This document shows, piece by piece, positions 37,021 through 48,039 of a stretch of DNA of 64,000 nucleotides. Source of the stretch: Negaprion brevirostris (lineage: Eukaryota); contig JARDVH010000124.1 in the NCBI GenBank assembly GCA_030324005.1, positions 41,546,744 through 41,610,743 on the forward strand. Reading direction: 5' to 3'. Below the pieces are notes generated by a model. It did no database searches, was not told the DNA's origin, and saw nothing but the letters and a program-made list of their open reading frames with translations. The translations under genes and the position numbers were made by a program. Positions within the stretch are counted from its first letter, which is position 1; each line of letters opens with the position of its first letter.

Positions 37021-37569
37021 ACGTTAAAAAATTAAGCTCAAGAACCTCAGAACAAGATTAATTATACATGCTACTTGAATATTTCACGCATGTAGTTCAG
37101 ACATAAAGGTGCTCACAATAAACCATTTTTCTCTCCTGGTTTTTGACTTCAGTACAATACCCCACTTAGTTCAATGTTAATTAATTGAAATACTGTATAT
37201 GCAAATGCATCTGAAACATTTACCTGCTTCTAACAAATTCAATTAACTTTATCAAGGAAGAAACCAGGAGGAATACATTTGACATCACAGTGTCAGCTTG
37301 TTATTCAGCCATTAAAGGTCAGTGTAAATAAATTTCACTGCAGAATAGCCACATAAAGGGGTGCACTACCCTAACAGTGGGGCAGAAGTTAAAGTCAACT
37401 AGCACACTGGAGTCAAATGAAAGTACGAGATAACAGTTGGCAATTGTGGAATTTCCCATCTTGTTATCACAAGGAAAGCAATCAGTNNNNNNNNNNTATT
37501 ACATTTTCACGCACTGAAGGCTCTAATTAATTTATTGCAACAAAGCCAAGAAAATATCTTGATCTATTT

Positions 37570-37873
37570 GTACAACAACCAAGGCTCCTTCAAAAGCACC
37601 TTCCAAACCTATGGCCTCTATGACCCAGAACGGAAGGCCAGCAAATGTATGCATGTTCCACTCCATGCCACCTACCATCCTGATTTGAAACTATATTGCC
37701 ATTCCTTCACTGTCACTGCATTAAAATCCTGAAACAACCTCCCTGGCAATATTACGGGTATATCTATGCCATATGGACTGCAGTGGTTCAAGGTGGCAGC
37801 TCATAACACCCTCTCAAGGGGGTGTGCAATAAATGGTAGCCAAGCCAGCGATGCTCACATCCCATGAGCAAAT
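37570..37873 (+). mobile_element. L2 LINE 3' end
   Basis: cagtggttcaaggtggcagctca...gcaataaatggtagccaagccagcgatgctcacatcccatga tail. Confidence 0.75.
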
Positions 37874-38431
37874 AGGTTATTAAAAATCCAACTTGAATTT
37901 TCAAACAACTGAACCCCAATAAACATATATATTAAAGTGTTTGTAAAATATTTTTGTATTACAAGTTGAACCAGAGGACTGGTTCATACAGACCTGTCAC
38001 TGTGTAGATCACTGCAAAGTCCTGATATAATTTGGCATTCCAGGTGTGTAATATGCCTACAGTACAACTGCTACAATGATTCATAATATATTCACAAGCA
38101 GATAATAGTTCAATGGAGTATTATGTATAATGCTTATACAAGATAACTAAGAAAAAGATGTCAGATTGCAGGTGATAGAAGAATTGTCAGCAAATTTAAA
38201 AACCTTTTCCCGTAAGTGGCCTGAAGTGCCACAGAAATTTGCAAAAGCCACATTTAGGCATCTCGGTCTTGGAAAATAAACCTTGTGCCTTCACACAAGT
38301 CAATTATTGTGGGTTTTCATGCACTGGTCAAAATAAACCATAAATACGTGAAGGAATTCTGGACGTTTCTACAGCTTAGGCATGTCCCACTGTACTTCAA
38401 TGCAATTAAGGATTTTCAAATGCCATATACT

Positions 38432-39160
38432 CTTAATAATCTCTCCCTCAATGTCAACAAAACAAAGGAGATTGTCATTGACTTCAGGAAGCGTAAAGGA
38501 GAACATGTCCGTTTATATCAACGGGAACAAAGTAGAAAGAGTCGAGAGATTCAAGTTTTTAGGTGTCCAGATCACCAACCTGTTCTGGTCCCCCCCCATG
38601 CCGACATTATAGTTAAGAAAGCCCACAAAACGCCTCCACTATCGCAGAAGACTAAGGAAATTTGACATGTCAGCTGCGACTCTCACCAACTTTTACAGAT
38701 GCACCATAGAAAGCATTCTTTCTGGTTGTATCCTGCTCTACCCAAGATCGCAAGGAACTACAAAAGGTTGTGAATATAGCCCAATCCATTACGTAAACAA
38801 GCCCAATCCATTGACTGTCTACATTTCCCACTGCCTCGGCAAAGCAGCCAGCATAATTAATGATGCCATGCACGCCGGACATTCTCTCTTCCACCTTCTT
38901 CCTTCGGGAAAAGATACAAAAGTCTGAGGTCATGTACCAACTGACTCAAGGACAGCTTCTTCCCTGCTGCTGTCAGACTTTTGACTGGACTTACCTTGGA
39001 TTAAGTTGATCTTTCTCTACACCCTAGCTATGACTGTAACACTACATTCTGCACTCTCGCTTTCTTCTCTACGAAGAGTGTATCTTGTCTGTATAGCGCA
39101 CACAGAAACAATACTTTTCAGTGTATGTTAATACATGTGACACTAATAAATCAAATCAAG
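38432..39160 (+). mobile_element. 5'-truncated Rex1/Babar-like LINE
   Basis: NNLSLNVNKTKEIVIDFRK, INGNKVERVERFKFLGV and LTNFYRCTIESILSGCI in shifting frames; 3' end aataaatcaaatcaa. Confidence 0.88.
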
Positions 39161-39646
39161 GCTACCATAGAGGTTTCAGCTTTTTTGAAAGTTGAGGGTC
39201 AGCTAGTACTCGTTTAAACTGCCGTGAGCTGGTAGCTATTGGTGAGACTGCCAAGAGACAACAAAGCAGAACAATATCTCCATTGAGAAAGCTGTATGTT
39301 GATTCTCTGATTAAACCATGAGGGGACAATGCTCTACAGCCAGCAAAGTTCAAGCTCCGACAGTTTCTGCAGATTTGTAACCAAATAATAAAGATGCAAG
39401 ACTGATGTCTGTGGTTGTAGTGTATGGCAACTGGAGGAAGTTATAAACGATCTTAATAACAAACTAGTACATCCAAACCTTTCATTACATCTTTTATTGT
39501 AAATTACAGACATTCAATATGTAACGCTAGCTTTTAAAACAAATGCCCCAGCTCAATTTCCAACTATTTTAACCTTAAACCTATTCTAAAATGAAAGAAA
39601 GGCATGCTAAAGAGCTGGCAATAAGCCATTTGCTAAGGTTTGCAAA

Positions 39647-39951
39647 CACGCTTCACGGCCTTTTGGCCAAGATCAGGTGTAGTATCGACATGCTGTGCTT
39701 GGTTGAAGTCATTAGGTTACATTTCAGCTTCATTTGAAGCAATTTTTAAAAGCGGCATGTTGACCTTTTGGCTAAGATACAAATGAGATCAAGCCTTGGA
39801 GGAGAAGCTATGCCTATCCAATCAGCTTGGATCATATAGATCAAGCCCAAGACAGGAGGTGAGAGCTCTGTCTGTCAGCTTGGATTGGGAATGTCTCAAC
39901 TTGTTGAGACTGTGAATTGGACTTGATTTGATTGAATTGGAATAAAAAAAA
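39647..39951 (+). mobile_element. U2 snRNA-headed, poly(A)-tailed interspersed element (candidate SINEU-like), copy 1
   Basis: 39649-39686 matches U2 nt 3-40 at 35/38; second U2-like segment near 39757-39778; A-tail at 39941-39951; body about 92% identical (by eye) to 44520-44760. Confidence 0.85.
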
Positions 39952-40760
39952 CTTACCAACTGACCAGTCTATTATGCGGTGCCTTGTCAAAGGCCTTGCT
40001 AAAGTCCATGTAGACAATGCTTACTGCACTGCCCTCATCTATTTTTGTGGTTACCCCTTCAAAAACCTATCAGATTTGTAAGACGTGATTTCCCATGCAC
40101 AAAGCCATGCCCAGTATCTCCCATTAATCCTTGCTGTACCAAATGTATGTGGATCCTGTCTCTCAGAATCCCCTCCCAACAATTTATCCATGTTTGGCTG
40201 ACCAGTCTGTATTTCCTTGGCTTTTCCCTGCTGCCATTATGAAATAATGGCACATCATTTGTCTCCCTCCAGTCTTCTGGCACCTCGCCTGTGACTTGAT
40301 GGTACAAATATTCCAGCTCTGTGATTTCTTCCCTAGATTCCCACAATGTCCTGGAATATAATTGATCAGGTCATGGGAGGGGTGTATCTACCTTTGTCTT
40401 TTAAGACCTCGAGCACATCCTCTTCTGTAATGTGGAAGCTTTTCAAGACATCACTATTTACTTCCCGAATTCCCAAGCTTTCATATCTTTCTCCATGGTA
40501 AATACAAACGCAAATATTCATTTAGGATTTCACCCATCTGTCGCTCCACACATAGACAACTTTGTTGATCTATAAGGTGCCCTCCTGCTTACTTCCTTAA
40601 CTTCACTCTGCAGGATGTCATCCCTTTTTCTACCTGTCATTGGTACCAACATGTACCACAATCTCTAATTCATTACCCACTTCTTTCAGGATGCTCTGCA
40701 GCTATTCAGTGACATCCCTGACCATGGCACCACTGAGATAACACACCATTCGGGAGGATG
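39952..40760 (-). mobile_element. CR1 fragment: ORF1 esterase remnant joined to ORF2 RT region
   Basis: TGEVPEDWR..NDVPLF..YRLVS, HGFVHGKSRLTNLI and DFSKAFDK; VVHVGTND (SGNH block) near 40637-40660. Confidence 0.85.
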
Positions 40761-41332
40761 TGCCTCCTCTGCCTCTCTCCCTCTCTGCACCTTCCCCTCT
40801 GCCTCCCTCCCCTAAAATTAGAGAATTTCTGTTCAGAAGTTACCATTGCAAGTTTTTTTTCTACTTTTGCAGTTACCACCTGCAACAAAACCTCTGCAGT
40901 TTTAAAATTTTTGAGTGTGCTTTTGTAATTGATTTTTAAAAATTGTTTGTAGTATTGTTTCCTTCTTTCTGCCTCAAGCTTTTCAGGGAAGTGTGTATGT
41001 TTTAGATAACTGGGCTCAAATTTAGAGGCAAGTTTTAAATGGAATTTGAGTTGCTGTTAGGTCTAGTTTCATCTTTACTTGGTGTCTCTATTTTGAGATT
41101 TTGTTAGTGGTGAATTATGGCCAAACTTTATAACATAATTTATTTTAAACACCCAAGAATCCAATCAGTTCCAATCAGTTTTCTTTTGATTGTGTAGTGT
41201 ATTATAAAAATCAGATGTACAAAATGCAACGGAGAAAATTAGAAGCAAAGGTTTGTCAAAATGAACACAATTTGTTCCGAATTATTGAGTTAAAGAGCTT
41301 ACAAGGAAAAATTTGTCAAAATGAATTCCGTC

Positions 41333-41718
41333 TAAGAACAATGAATGAAGAAAAGCACAGCACAGAAACAGGGTCTTTGGCCCTCCAAACCTGTGCCAAT
41401 CACGATGCACGAACTAAGCTTACAATTTCTCTTGTCGTCCATGGTTCCCAAATCCTGCCATTTCTATCCTTCATTTTTGCGGGGATGTGCCTGTCCTGCA
41501 CTTCAGTCAAGTGGCTTTTAAAAGCCTCCCGCATGGCAGATTTGGATTTGCCCTCAAATAGCTGCTCTCGATCCACATTCCCCAGTTGCAGTTGGATGTT
41601 TTTGGCCCTCACCCAAGGGCCACCCTTGTCCAAGACTACCTGAAATCTTATGGAATTATGTTTGCTAAGCCCAAAATGCACCACCACCAACACCGCCCCC
41701 GCCCCCGGAAACATTGAT
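41333..41718 (-). mobile_element. Internally deleted CR1 (early ORF2 fused to 3' tail)
   Basis: ORF 41400-41714 ..LFEGKSKSAMREAFKSHLTEVQDRHIP..EPWTTREI is followed directly by a CR1-type tail. Confidence 0.7.
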
Positions 41719-41749
41719 CATTGTCCTGAATTACTGAGTTAAAGAGCAT

Positions 41750-41900
41750 TAAAGTTTAAAGTTCACTTTTTGGTGTCACAAATAGGCTTACATTAACACT
41801 GCAATGAAGTTACTGTGAAAATTCCCTAGTTGCCACACTCCTGTACACTGAGAGAGAATTTAGCGTGGTCAATGCACCTAATTAGCAAGTCTTTTGGACT
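41750..41900 (-). mobile_element. V-SINE (second tail type) 3' part
   Basis: Reverse complement of the 36270-36415 tail. Confidence 0.8.
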
Positions 41901-42229
41901 ACTTCTGGAGTAGCTGCGGTTTGAATAAATGATCTACTGTGGAGGTTAAATTTAGCTTTAAATTTCCATCATCAACAATATTCCCTTAGGAATAATTTTA
42001 TTTCCTTGCCATCTTCAGTTTTAAATAGTGATATATGTGTACATATAAATTTGGATGATCTCCCTTCAAAGTACTGATTCATTCTGGGATACATACAAAA
42101 AAAAACTAGCAAATTTCAGGCAGGCTTCCAATTCTTTTTGCATGTAGATAACTCACAATTGCTAGTTCTTCTCTCACCATGTGGAGAACTTTGCTGCTGC
42201 TGCTTGTCCTATCAGGAGACTTGCTGTCT

Positions 42230-42420
42230 TGGAGTGTCATAGTTGCCAGTCTTGCAGTGTCCTCACACATCCATTCTGTGGTGTCTATCATCCAAATACG
42301 CTTTGGCCGACCCCTCTTTCTGCTGCCCACCACTTTGTCCACAAGAAAGATCCCTGGAGCTTTTTGGTTCTGAACAAATGGCTGAAGAACTCACCATTTT
42401 TCCTAGGGCACTTTTAAGAG
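42230..42420 (-). mobile_element. RTE-clade LINE C-terminal remnant
   Basis: KVVGSRKRGRPKRIWMIDTTEW resembles the RTE G..GxRxRGRPxxxW.D end. Confidence 0.65.
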
Positions 42421-42994
42421 TTCTTTTGCTCTTGCAATTTCAAGTACCTCTTTATTTATCTTATGGTCTGTATGTATAATTTTAAGCATGCATCTTAGCA
42501 TGCACATTTTGAAGGCCTCTATTTTCTTCCCTAGAACTTTACTTACTGTCCAGATTTCTGAGACGCATAGGAAACTGGATAGAATGTAGCGTTTTGAGTT
42601 TTTATTTTGTTACAAGCCTTAAACTGTTTTCCATCTTCACAAAATTACATCTGACTACCTTTATTCTCAAGGACTTAAAAGTGAAAAAATACCTTCTAAC
42701 TACAAGGTAGTCCCAGACTTCATTCCTTTTATTATTGTCATATGTATTAGTATACAGTGGAAAGTATTGTTTCTTGTGCACTACACAGCATGCAGTACAT
42801 GTACTTTTGTGTATCCCAAAAGCCCCACTTGTCAATAATATATCCATTATTTGAAAAGCATACCGTGTGTAAGGAGTTCTATGTTATTGTTTTCTGCACA
42901 AACTTCCAATTAATATCTTGAGAGCATATGCTAGTTTTGAACACGTACTTGTGTTCTGTGAATTCTTGCAGTCACTGGATATCTTACTCACTGG

Positions 42995-43965
42995 GGTTAT
43001 GATCCTAGTTGGAGCTATTCTTTGACATGAACGCCATGGCTCAAAATACGGTACCACATGTTTCTTTTCAGAGAATGTGAATGAATAGAGTCACAGGACT
43101 GTCAGTTTGCTTCTAACAGAAAAAAACCCATTAAACATGAAAAGTTTGACTGTAGTATATTACTACTTCGCTCCTACTTCACAAATATACAGAGATTTTA
43201 AAGACAATACAGGTTACAAAATATATGTTCTCAGTCAATTCACTGTCTCCTGTAACCCAACAGGCTCACTGTGATCTGACAGTGCCCCACTCAGAAACCA
43301 AGTGGCAGATGTCACCCAGTTAGACTTATGTAGATTTGTCCTCAAATTCCCCCTGAAAGTCATGCTTTAGAACCTTTGTATGAACAATGCTTTCCCTTAG
43401 CTGTCTTTAGTAAGGATTCACCTCCAGGATTTCTAACTCTCCTTTCAGTATTTCTTTGTTTTGAATAGCTAAGAATTTTCACACAACCTCTCAGGTACTC
43501 AGTCTCCAACTGAATGCTATTGCTCCAAAAATGAATAAAGATACCAACCTTACAATTGCCTCAGATATCTGGCTTTTCTCGAGGCAATCTCACCCAGTCC
43601 ACCCTTTCCACTTCTATCTCTAACTCCTGTGAACAGAACCCTGCTCAAATTCTAGTTCCTTTTTCCCTTTTTACTTCGATCTTTTTGAGAACTTCTCTTC
43701 GCTCTCTGGTTTCTAGAACTAAATGTCCTCCATTTTCTTTGGCACTAATTTTCTTGCCTAATACTACATTCTATGGCTTTCTCTTTTCTAGCAGGACTGA
43801 GAGAGCTTCCTCCTCTCTCACTGTCTAGCTGAACTGCTTTTGATTTCAGTTAAACACAATCACAAGGTCTTCCTTTTGTCAAGTGGCCTGTGGTTGCTAA
43901 GTAACAGCTCATTCTTTCTCCAAGCTCTTGTTTACTTTTCACCACAAGCCACAAACTCTGAGCAG
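42995..43965 (-). mobile_element. Probable LTR-like repeat
   Basis: Pyrimidine-rich non-coding block, mirror in composition of 21496-22465; not confirmed. Confidence 0.3.
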
Positions 43966-43967
43966 TC

Positions 43968-44270
43968 ATAGATGTGCGCGTTAGGTTGATTGGCCAAGCT
44001 AAATTAATCCTAATGTTAGGGGGATGAGCAGGGTAAATATGTGGGGTTACAGCAATAGGGCCTGGGTGGGATTGTGGTTGGCGCAGACTCAATGCGATGA
44101 ATGGCCTCCTGCACTGTAGGGATGCTATAAATCTATTTCTTCTTTCTAAAACTACCTCTGCTTTCTGAAACTGGCCACTCTTTACTTGGGAACATAGCAT
44201 ATTGTGGGATTGTGGTCTGTGCAGTCTTGATGGGCCAAATGACCGTCTTCTGCACTGTAGGGATTCTATA
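43968..44270 (+). mobile_element. Two V-SINE 3' fragments (CR1-type tail)
   Basis: gtgggattgtggt...ctgcactgtaggga occurs at 44066-44122 and again at 44204-44268. Confidence 0.75.
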
Positions 44271-44282
44271 ATATTAGCTTAA

Positions 44283-44419
44283 GGGAGGCAGTGGTAAGGT
44301 GGAATTATCATTAAACTAGCAATCCAGAGACCTAGGATCATGCTGTGGGGCCCCAGGTTTGAATTCCACCACAGCAGACAGTGAAATCTGAATTCAATAA
44401 AAATCTGGAATTAAAAGTG
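44283..44419 (+). mobile_element. Head of L2-tailed tRNA SINE, running into N-gap
   Basis: Reverse-complement match to 10490-10632. Confidence 0.75.
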
Positions 44420-44519
44420 NNNNNNNNNNNNNNNNNNNNNNNNNNNNNNNNNNNNNNNNNNNNNNNNNNNNNNNNNNNNNNNNNNNNNNNNNNNNNNNNN
44501 NNNNNNNNNNNNNNNNNNN

Positions 44520-44773
44520 AAGTCATTAGGTTACATTTCAGCTTCATTTGAAGCAATTTTTAAAAGCGGCATCTCGGCCTTTTGGCTAAGATGCAAGTGA
44601 GATCAAGCCTTGGGGAAGAAGCTATGCCAACTCCAATCAGCTTGGATCATGTAGACCAAGCCCAAGACAGGAGGTGAGAGCCCTGTCTTGTCAACTTGGA
44701 TCGGGAATGTCTCAACTTGTTGAGACTCTGAATTGGGCTTGATTAGACTGAATTGGAATAACAAACAAAAAAA
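44520..44773 (+). mobile_element. U2 snRNA-related element, copy 2 (5' end hidden in N-gap)
   Basis: Collinear with 39706-39951; 44572-44592 TCTCGGCCTTTTGGCTAAGAT is identical to U2 nt 7-27; A-rich tail. Confidence 0.85.
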
Positions 44774-45225
44774 CTCTCAATTAAGACCAAAAGCAATTTC
44801 TTCTTCACACACAACCCATTTCCAAAGTCAGCTGCATACTGATTTTAGACTAAGATTAATCCAACTGTATTCTAAACCTGGCTCAAGGCCACTCATGCTG
44901 ATAATGCTATAATCTAAATCTGTAAATTACATTGCAACTTCTTCCCATAATTTCTTTCATTAACTTCAACAATAGTAAAAAGATTTTCTTTGCAAGAGAT
45001 ACTGTATTTTGAGTGGCAATTTAATGCCACAAGAGAATACAAAATTAATCATACTGAATTACCAGAATACTTTTCCTCTTGGAACTTGTTTTTTCAAAAA
45101 ACGTTTATATTCAAGACTTCAGCAGTGAAATGAGAAAAATGTTTAACAGATGTAACTGAACCACCCACATACTTGTGTTCGGGAAATTCAAAACTTCAGC
45201 ATAAAGGTATAATTTTGTTTTCTGA

Positions 45226-45281
45226 AGCACCCTGTTATTGTATTGTTATCTGCAGCACCCTGTTATTGTACTGTTATCTGC
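45226..45281 (+). repeat. 28-bp tandem duplication (2 copies, 1 mismatch)
   Basis: agcaccctgttattgta(t/c)tgttatctgc x2. Confidence 0.9.
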
Positions 45282-45759
45282 AGAAGACAGCAGCTTAATT
45301 TAAAAGCAAATTCCAACATAATGTTATTTAGCAAGAACTTGTACTGTATAGGGCCAGCTTCCTGTCATGAAAACAACTGAAGTAGCACACATGGGAGAAT
45401 TCACTAAACAGCAGCATAAAGCATGGCTAGTGAAGCTTATTGCATTTTGCACAAAACAAACCATCAAGAGTCATGTGTTTCCCCCAAGCCGTTCCTCCGT
45501 GAGCAGTGGGTGGACCTCGCCACATTGGGAATGTTTACAGCTGTAAATCAGTTTGCTTTTACTCTGCTGGCCTTGTGTTTGCCTTGATCCTTCTCCAAGA
45601 TTTTTTATACCCAAGAGAATCTTCAGTCGGTGGTTGCAAAATTGTTCCAAGCAAGCCATTCTGAACATCTGAAGTGCAGCCACAGATTTCAATCTGGGTC
45701 TAAAACTAAAGGATTAGCTTGACGGGACAAAACAATAATGTCTAAGGGATATTAAGTTA

Positions 45760-46340
45760 CTTTTACATCATGCCTTTAATGTACTAGCTGAGCCAAAGGA
45801 GGAGATAGGTGAACAGAGGAGAAGATAGAGGACCAGGTGATCAAAAGATTGGTGAAGAGATAGGTTTGTGTAACTTAAAAGGAGAGAGATAAGGGCCTTA
45901 GTGGCTGAAAGCAGTAGGGAACGCATAAGAGGCCAGAATTGGAGAAGTAGAGCATTCTCAAGAGTTTAGTGCTAAAGGAAGCTACAGAGATAGGGTTGCA
46001 TAAGGGCGTGAAGGGATCTGAAGACAAAGATGGAGTATTTTAAATTAGAGACTTTGGGATCTAGGAGCTGTGTAGGCCAGCAAATTCATTGGTGATGTGA
46101 GAGTTTTGGACAAGCTCAAGGTGGAAGATGGGAGGCCATTCAGGGCAGCACTGCAATAGCTAACATGAACAAAACTTTTAGCAGAAAATCTGAGGTAGGG
46201 TCAGCAACAGTTAATATTGTAGAGGCAGAGGCAGAGGGAGACAGTCTTGGTGATAGAGGGAAGACTTGGAAGCTCAGCTTAAGTGAAAAAGGACAATAAG
46301 GTCGAGCACAGTCCAGTTTAGCCTGAAATATTGGCTGGGG
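45760..46340 (-). mobile_element. Decayed L2 3' region
   Basis: Antisense resemblance to the L2 segment at 56605-57090. Confidence 0.5.
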
Positions 46341-47516
46341 TGGAAGGTGTAGTCGCTCTTAACAGCATAAAGTGCCTCTTAGGAGACGCACGTTTAGAAT
46401 TGGTTATCTGATGAAGGGTATGTTTATGGGTGACAAGTGGTCACTCGGGAAACCATGCTACTCATGAGAGGAATGCCAAGTAAGGATCAACTGGCTGTTC
46501 TCCATGACAACAATGGAGACACACTACAGGAAGGATCTGTAGATAAAATTGGCCTCAAAGTCACTGCATAGATGGGAAAAGAGCAACTGGGAGAAGGGCA
46601 AATCATACAGCTTATGGGAAACAGGATAAGTATACAAAGTGTATTTGTGATGCTGTACCTTAACAGTCATCAGAAGCTTCAGGGGAGAAAGTATTTTTGA
46701 AGAGTATTGTATACTCAGATGATCAATCTACTATTGTAAGTCAAATAATAAGTTGAAGGAATACTGCATATTTCAAAGCATTGCAAGAAAGGTCAGAGGT
46801 TTATGGTAACACTAACAAAAGTTTGATTTTTGGTATTCTTTAGTCTGTGGAGATGATTTACTCCAAAATAGACAGCATTAGACAACAGAAATTTATTTCG
46901 GCAAATAGAGTACAACAGACAAGAAAGTGGTGTACAGACTACACAGGAAGTGGGAGCTTTAGTAATGCAGGTACAATCAACACAGAAGGAAGCAATTCAG
47001 CCCTTCCATGTCTGAGGTAGCCCTCTGCAAAAGCAACTCAGTTATTCCCCCTGCCTGGTCCTGCAAGCTTCCCTTCAGATAGTTATCCAATTCCCTTCTG
47101 AAATTCCCAGTTGAAGCTGTCTCCACTGCAATCATGGTGATCCAATTTGATTCACTAATAACTTTTAGGAAACAAAATTTGTTGACCTGAGATGGTCTGG
47201 CGCATATGTGACTTGAGGCCCATAGAAATGTGGGCAACTCTGGACTGTCCTCTAGAGTAGCCAGCAAGTGACTTATGGAGATAAGTCCTGTCTTCACATC
47301 AAGGATGCCCTCCATTTGTATTGTGGGGCACTATCATGCTGAATGGAATGGATTTATAACAGATGAAACAGCTCAACGCAGACATTTGTGAAACACTGGG
47401 GGCTATCTGCAGTATTATATTCAGCCAAAATCTGTAACATTATGTTCTGGCATATCCCTTGCATTGCCATCAAGTGAGATCATCAACTCTGCTCACTGAA
47501 GAATATAGAGCAACAT

Positions 47517-47893
47517 TTATTTTTTAAATTTATTTGTGGATGTCATTGTCTGGCCAGCATTTATTGCCCATCCTTAACCACCCTTGAACTGAGCGTCTCA
47601 CTCAGCCATTTCAGAGGGCAGTTGAGAGCCAACCACATTGCTGTGGCCTTGGAGTCACATGCAGGCCAAATCAAATAAGGACAGGAGTATATTCCCTAAA
47701 GAACGTCAGTGAACCAGGCGGGTTTTTCCAACAATCAACAAGGTCATCAGTAGATTCTTAATTCCAGATATTTTTTATTGAATTCAAATTCCACCATCGG
47801 CTGTAGCCAGATTTGAATCCTGGTTCCTAGAACATTAGCCAAGTTTCTGGATTAATAATCTAGTGATAATACCACTGGGCTATCGCCTCCCCA
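47517..47893 (-). mobile_element. Full-length tRNA-derived SINE with L2-like tail
   Basis: Collinear with 10274-10632. Confidence 0.85.
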
Positions 47894-48039
47894 TGGCAGA
47901 AGCAGCAACAGAATCAAAAATGAGGTCCCAACCTGGAGAAGTTACAATACAAGATCTTAACATGCAATGGAAGCATCATGAACTAGACAAAGGTAAGTGA
48001 TTCCACAAACAATTAGGTCAAATCTCTGATGTCTCGCCA

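Noticed and set aside
39647-39690. Functional U2 snRNA gene
   Set aside because: Only nt 3-40 of ~190 match, the rest of U2 is absent and no PSE is evident upstream; it is the head of a repeat.
39952-39962. cttaccaact as a resumption of U2 (CTTATCAGTT) after the A-tail
   Set aside because: Only 7/10 match, it is continuous with the antisense CR1 RT sequence, and copy 2 has nothing similar.
45471-45692. 73-aa minus-strand ORF (MFRMACLEQF...) as an alternative TBC1D12 exon
   Set aside because: No recognisable homology and no convincing donor before the stop codon.
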